DNA of 7,148 nucleotides from Candidatus Wukongarchaeum yapensis (GTDB lineage: Archaea; Asgardarchaeota; Wukongarchaeia; Wukongarchaeales; Wukongarchaeaceae), in NCBI GenBank assembly GCA_016840425.1, contig JAEOSI010000119.1, positions 1-7,148 of the forward strand. Direction: 5' to 3'. The translations under genes were made by a program, and so were the position numbers. Positions 5,920 through 7,148 of this stretch are shown piece after piece. Each line of letters begins with the position of its first letter. Position 1 is the stretch's first letter. The notes under the pieces are model-generated. The model was given only the letters and a program-made list of their open reading frames with translations, was not told where the DNA came from and did no database searches.

Positions 5920-6657
5920 TTAGTTTAAACCAGGGTTAATCGTTAGATGGATGTTTGTTGGTTTTAGCTTTAATTGAGCGCTAAACTTTTTTTCCAGCAA
6001 AGTTCTAAGGTGGTTGAAAAACTCTTCAAAGACTTTTCTCATTCGAGAGGTATCAGCTGTGAGTGGGCGGATTAAGATCTGTGCAGTTCCTGTTTCATGA
6101 ACTGTGAATAACGCCGTGTAAAAACTATCTGCCGTTATCCACGCGACTGAAGACTCAAGATGATCAGTATAGTAAGAGAAGAACCTAAAATCGCCCCAAT
6201 ACTTGCAAATTAACTGTTCAACTATTGGTTTATGATCGATCATTTCAGTCTCTATAAATGCTTCAACTTGGAGAAAACAACCGGATTTCTGTGGGTTTTG
6301 GTCGAACAAGTTGGCTGATTTTTCATTGATCTTGGTTGATATCAAGAACCTACCTTGTGGTGTTAAAAAATAAAAACCGTTCTTAGTGCGTTCAATTAAC
6401 CCTTTTTCAAGGGCGCGTTTGAGGGCTTTCGCTAGCTTTTGCTGGTGTATTTCCAGCCTGCGTTTCAATCCCTGAAATGAATATTTTATCTCAGAAAATG
6501 GATCTTCAGCTAACACTCTTAGAACTTGTTCTTCGTACGGAGTTAAATCATGATCAACCTGTTCAGGCATTAATGAAGGAAGACTCATCAGATCATTATC
6601 AATCAAGATTGAATTAAGATCTTTTTCTTCGTCTTGCAAACAATTTTCACTTCGCAC
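5920..6657 (-). CDS. Winged helix-turn-helix protein (putative transcriptional regulator) with an unrecognised C-terminal domain
   Basis: 245-aa ORF, GTG start with a GGTGG SD-like site 7 nt upstream. LTPYEEQVLRVLAE...SFQGLKRRLEIHQQKLAKALKRALEKGLIERTKNGFYFLTPQG fits the helix-HTH-wing pattern of MarR/ArsR/TrmB-like wHTH domains (L..L...GLI....G.Y.LT..G). The N-terminal ~35 aa are acidic. Confidence 0.78.
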   Translation of the reverse strand: MRSENCLQDEEKDLNSILIDNDLMSLPSLMPEQVDHDLTPYEEQVLRVLAEDPFSEIKYSFQGLKRRLEIHQQKLAKALKRALEKGLIERTKNGFYFLTPQGRFLISTKINEKSANLFDQNPQKSGCFLQVEAFIETEMIDHKPIVEQLICKYWGDFRFFSYYTDHLESSVAWITADSFYTALFTVHETGTAQILIRPLTADTSRMRKVFEEFFNHLRTLLEKKFSAQLKLKPTNIHLTINPGLN

Positions 6658-6674
6658 TATTTAACCACCGCAAT

Positions 6675-6743
6675 ATACCAGATAGGAACATACCTATATA
6701 GAAGCATACCTATGTATAATGACTTAACCAATATTTAATGACT
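6675..6743 (-). promoter_or_regulatory. Promoter/operator region of the wHTH gene: two AGTCATTAWA elements and a CATACCTAT direct repeat
   Basis: TAATGACT at 6717-6724 and 6736-6743 (+ strand). CATACCTAT at 6689-6697 and 6705-6713, with a partial third ATACC at 6675-6679. Confidence 0.45.
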
Positions 6744-6800
6744 ACCTTTTTCCAGATTCTATATGGCTGTTTTGTCGCATAATTTGGGAAGAGTGGTTGA

Positions 6801-6838
6801 TGAAAAGATATAAAAATCTTGTTTTTTTATCGATAAAA
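6801..6838 (+). promoter_or_regulatory. Archaeal BRE/TATA promoter with a downstream 14-bp palindrome, for the membrane protein gene
   Basis: Purine-rich GAAAAG (6802-6807) directly precedes TATAAAAA (6809-6816). The box centre is about 27 nt upstream of ATG 6840, as expected for a leaderless mRNA. Perfect palindrome TTTTATCGATAAAA at 6825-6838. Confidence 0.6.
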
Positions 6839-6839
6839 T

Positions 6840-7148
6840 ATGACGGTAAAAGGAATTGAGAGAATAAAGAAATTCTATCCTGTCTGGGCGATAATAGCAA
6901 TAGTATTTCTGTATTTCCTTCTCGAAAGCGACTATAGTGATTTTTTGTTAGTGATTGTTATTCTTCTACTTCTAAAGGACGTTTTCATTGATTTAGTAAT
7001 GAGTAGAGGGTCAACGCCTAATTGGTTTGAGCATGCGCCTTTTGTTATTCTTGTCTCCATAGTCGGTTTGCTTGATTTTTTTGAAGTAGAACCATTCACA
7101 GGTTTGATCTCGCCGTTAACAATGTTTATAGCGATTGTTGATAGTTTT
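6840..7148 (+). CDS. Hypothetical multi-pass membrane protein, N-terminal part (3'-truncated; absent from the ORF track)
   Basis: ATG 6840 is the first start after an in-frame TAA (6834-6836). 103 codons are open to the window end: MTVKGIERIKKFYPVWAIIAIVFLYFLLESDYSDFLLVIVILLLLKDVFIDLVMSRGSTPNWFEHAPFVILVSIVGLLDFFEVEPFTGLISPLTMFIAIVDSF. A basic N-terminus is followed by three to four hydrophobic segments. No SD; TATA at leaderless spacing. Confidence 0.8.
   Translation, partial: MTVKGIERIKKFYPVWAIIAIVFLYFLLESDYSDFLLVIVILLLLKDVFIDLVMSRGSTPNWFEHAPFVILVSIVGLLDFFEVEPFTGLISPLTMFIAIVDSF

Noticed and set aside
5784-5939. Stop-free + strand frame (LTFDKLEERLLGVKLGKNRGY...)
   Set aside because: No start codon or SD near its 5' end. 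Openness is explained by the G-rich skew.
5920-6657. ESCRT-II or replication-initiator type winged-helix protein
   Set aside because: Only one wHTH is evident and no family-specific motif was recognised. Proximity to a GTPase is not evidence.
6738-6782. 14-aa hydrophobic ORF MTTFFQILYGCFVA
   Set aside because: No SD or suitably placed TATA, and the length is expected by chance.
6798-6804. C-box-like TGATGA suggesting a C/D box sRNA
   Set aside because: No downstream CTGA D box, and the region is better explained as the 6840 promoter.
1-7148. tRNA, rRNA, CRISPR array, IS element or transposase
   Set aside because: No cloverleaf, regularly spaced repeat-spacer units, terminal inverted repeats or transposase motifs were seen.

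Overview
AT-rich archaeal DNA, judged from GGTGG/GGAGG-type ribosome-binding sites, BRE/TATA-like promoters and a Rab-like GTPase. An Asgard-type lineage is plausible but only inferred. The + strand left arm (1-4794) is part of a de novo purine operon: purL (5'-truncated), purF with catalytic Cys but no canonical in-frame start codon, a second purF paralogue whose glutaminase nucleophile is replaced by Val, and a divergent purD. The - strand right arm, convergent on the operon, carries a Rab/Ras-like small GTPase with an altered switch I (Thr->Asn), an unannotated 46-aa coiled-coil small ORF, and a 245-aa winged-helix protein with an unrecognised C-terminal domain. Similar TCAT(T)TATA elements precede all three genes. 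A divergent, probably leaderless multi-pass membrane protein gene starts at 6840 and runs off the window. No rRNA, tRNA, CRISPR array or mobile element was seen. All calls come from motif reading by eye; no database searches were run.
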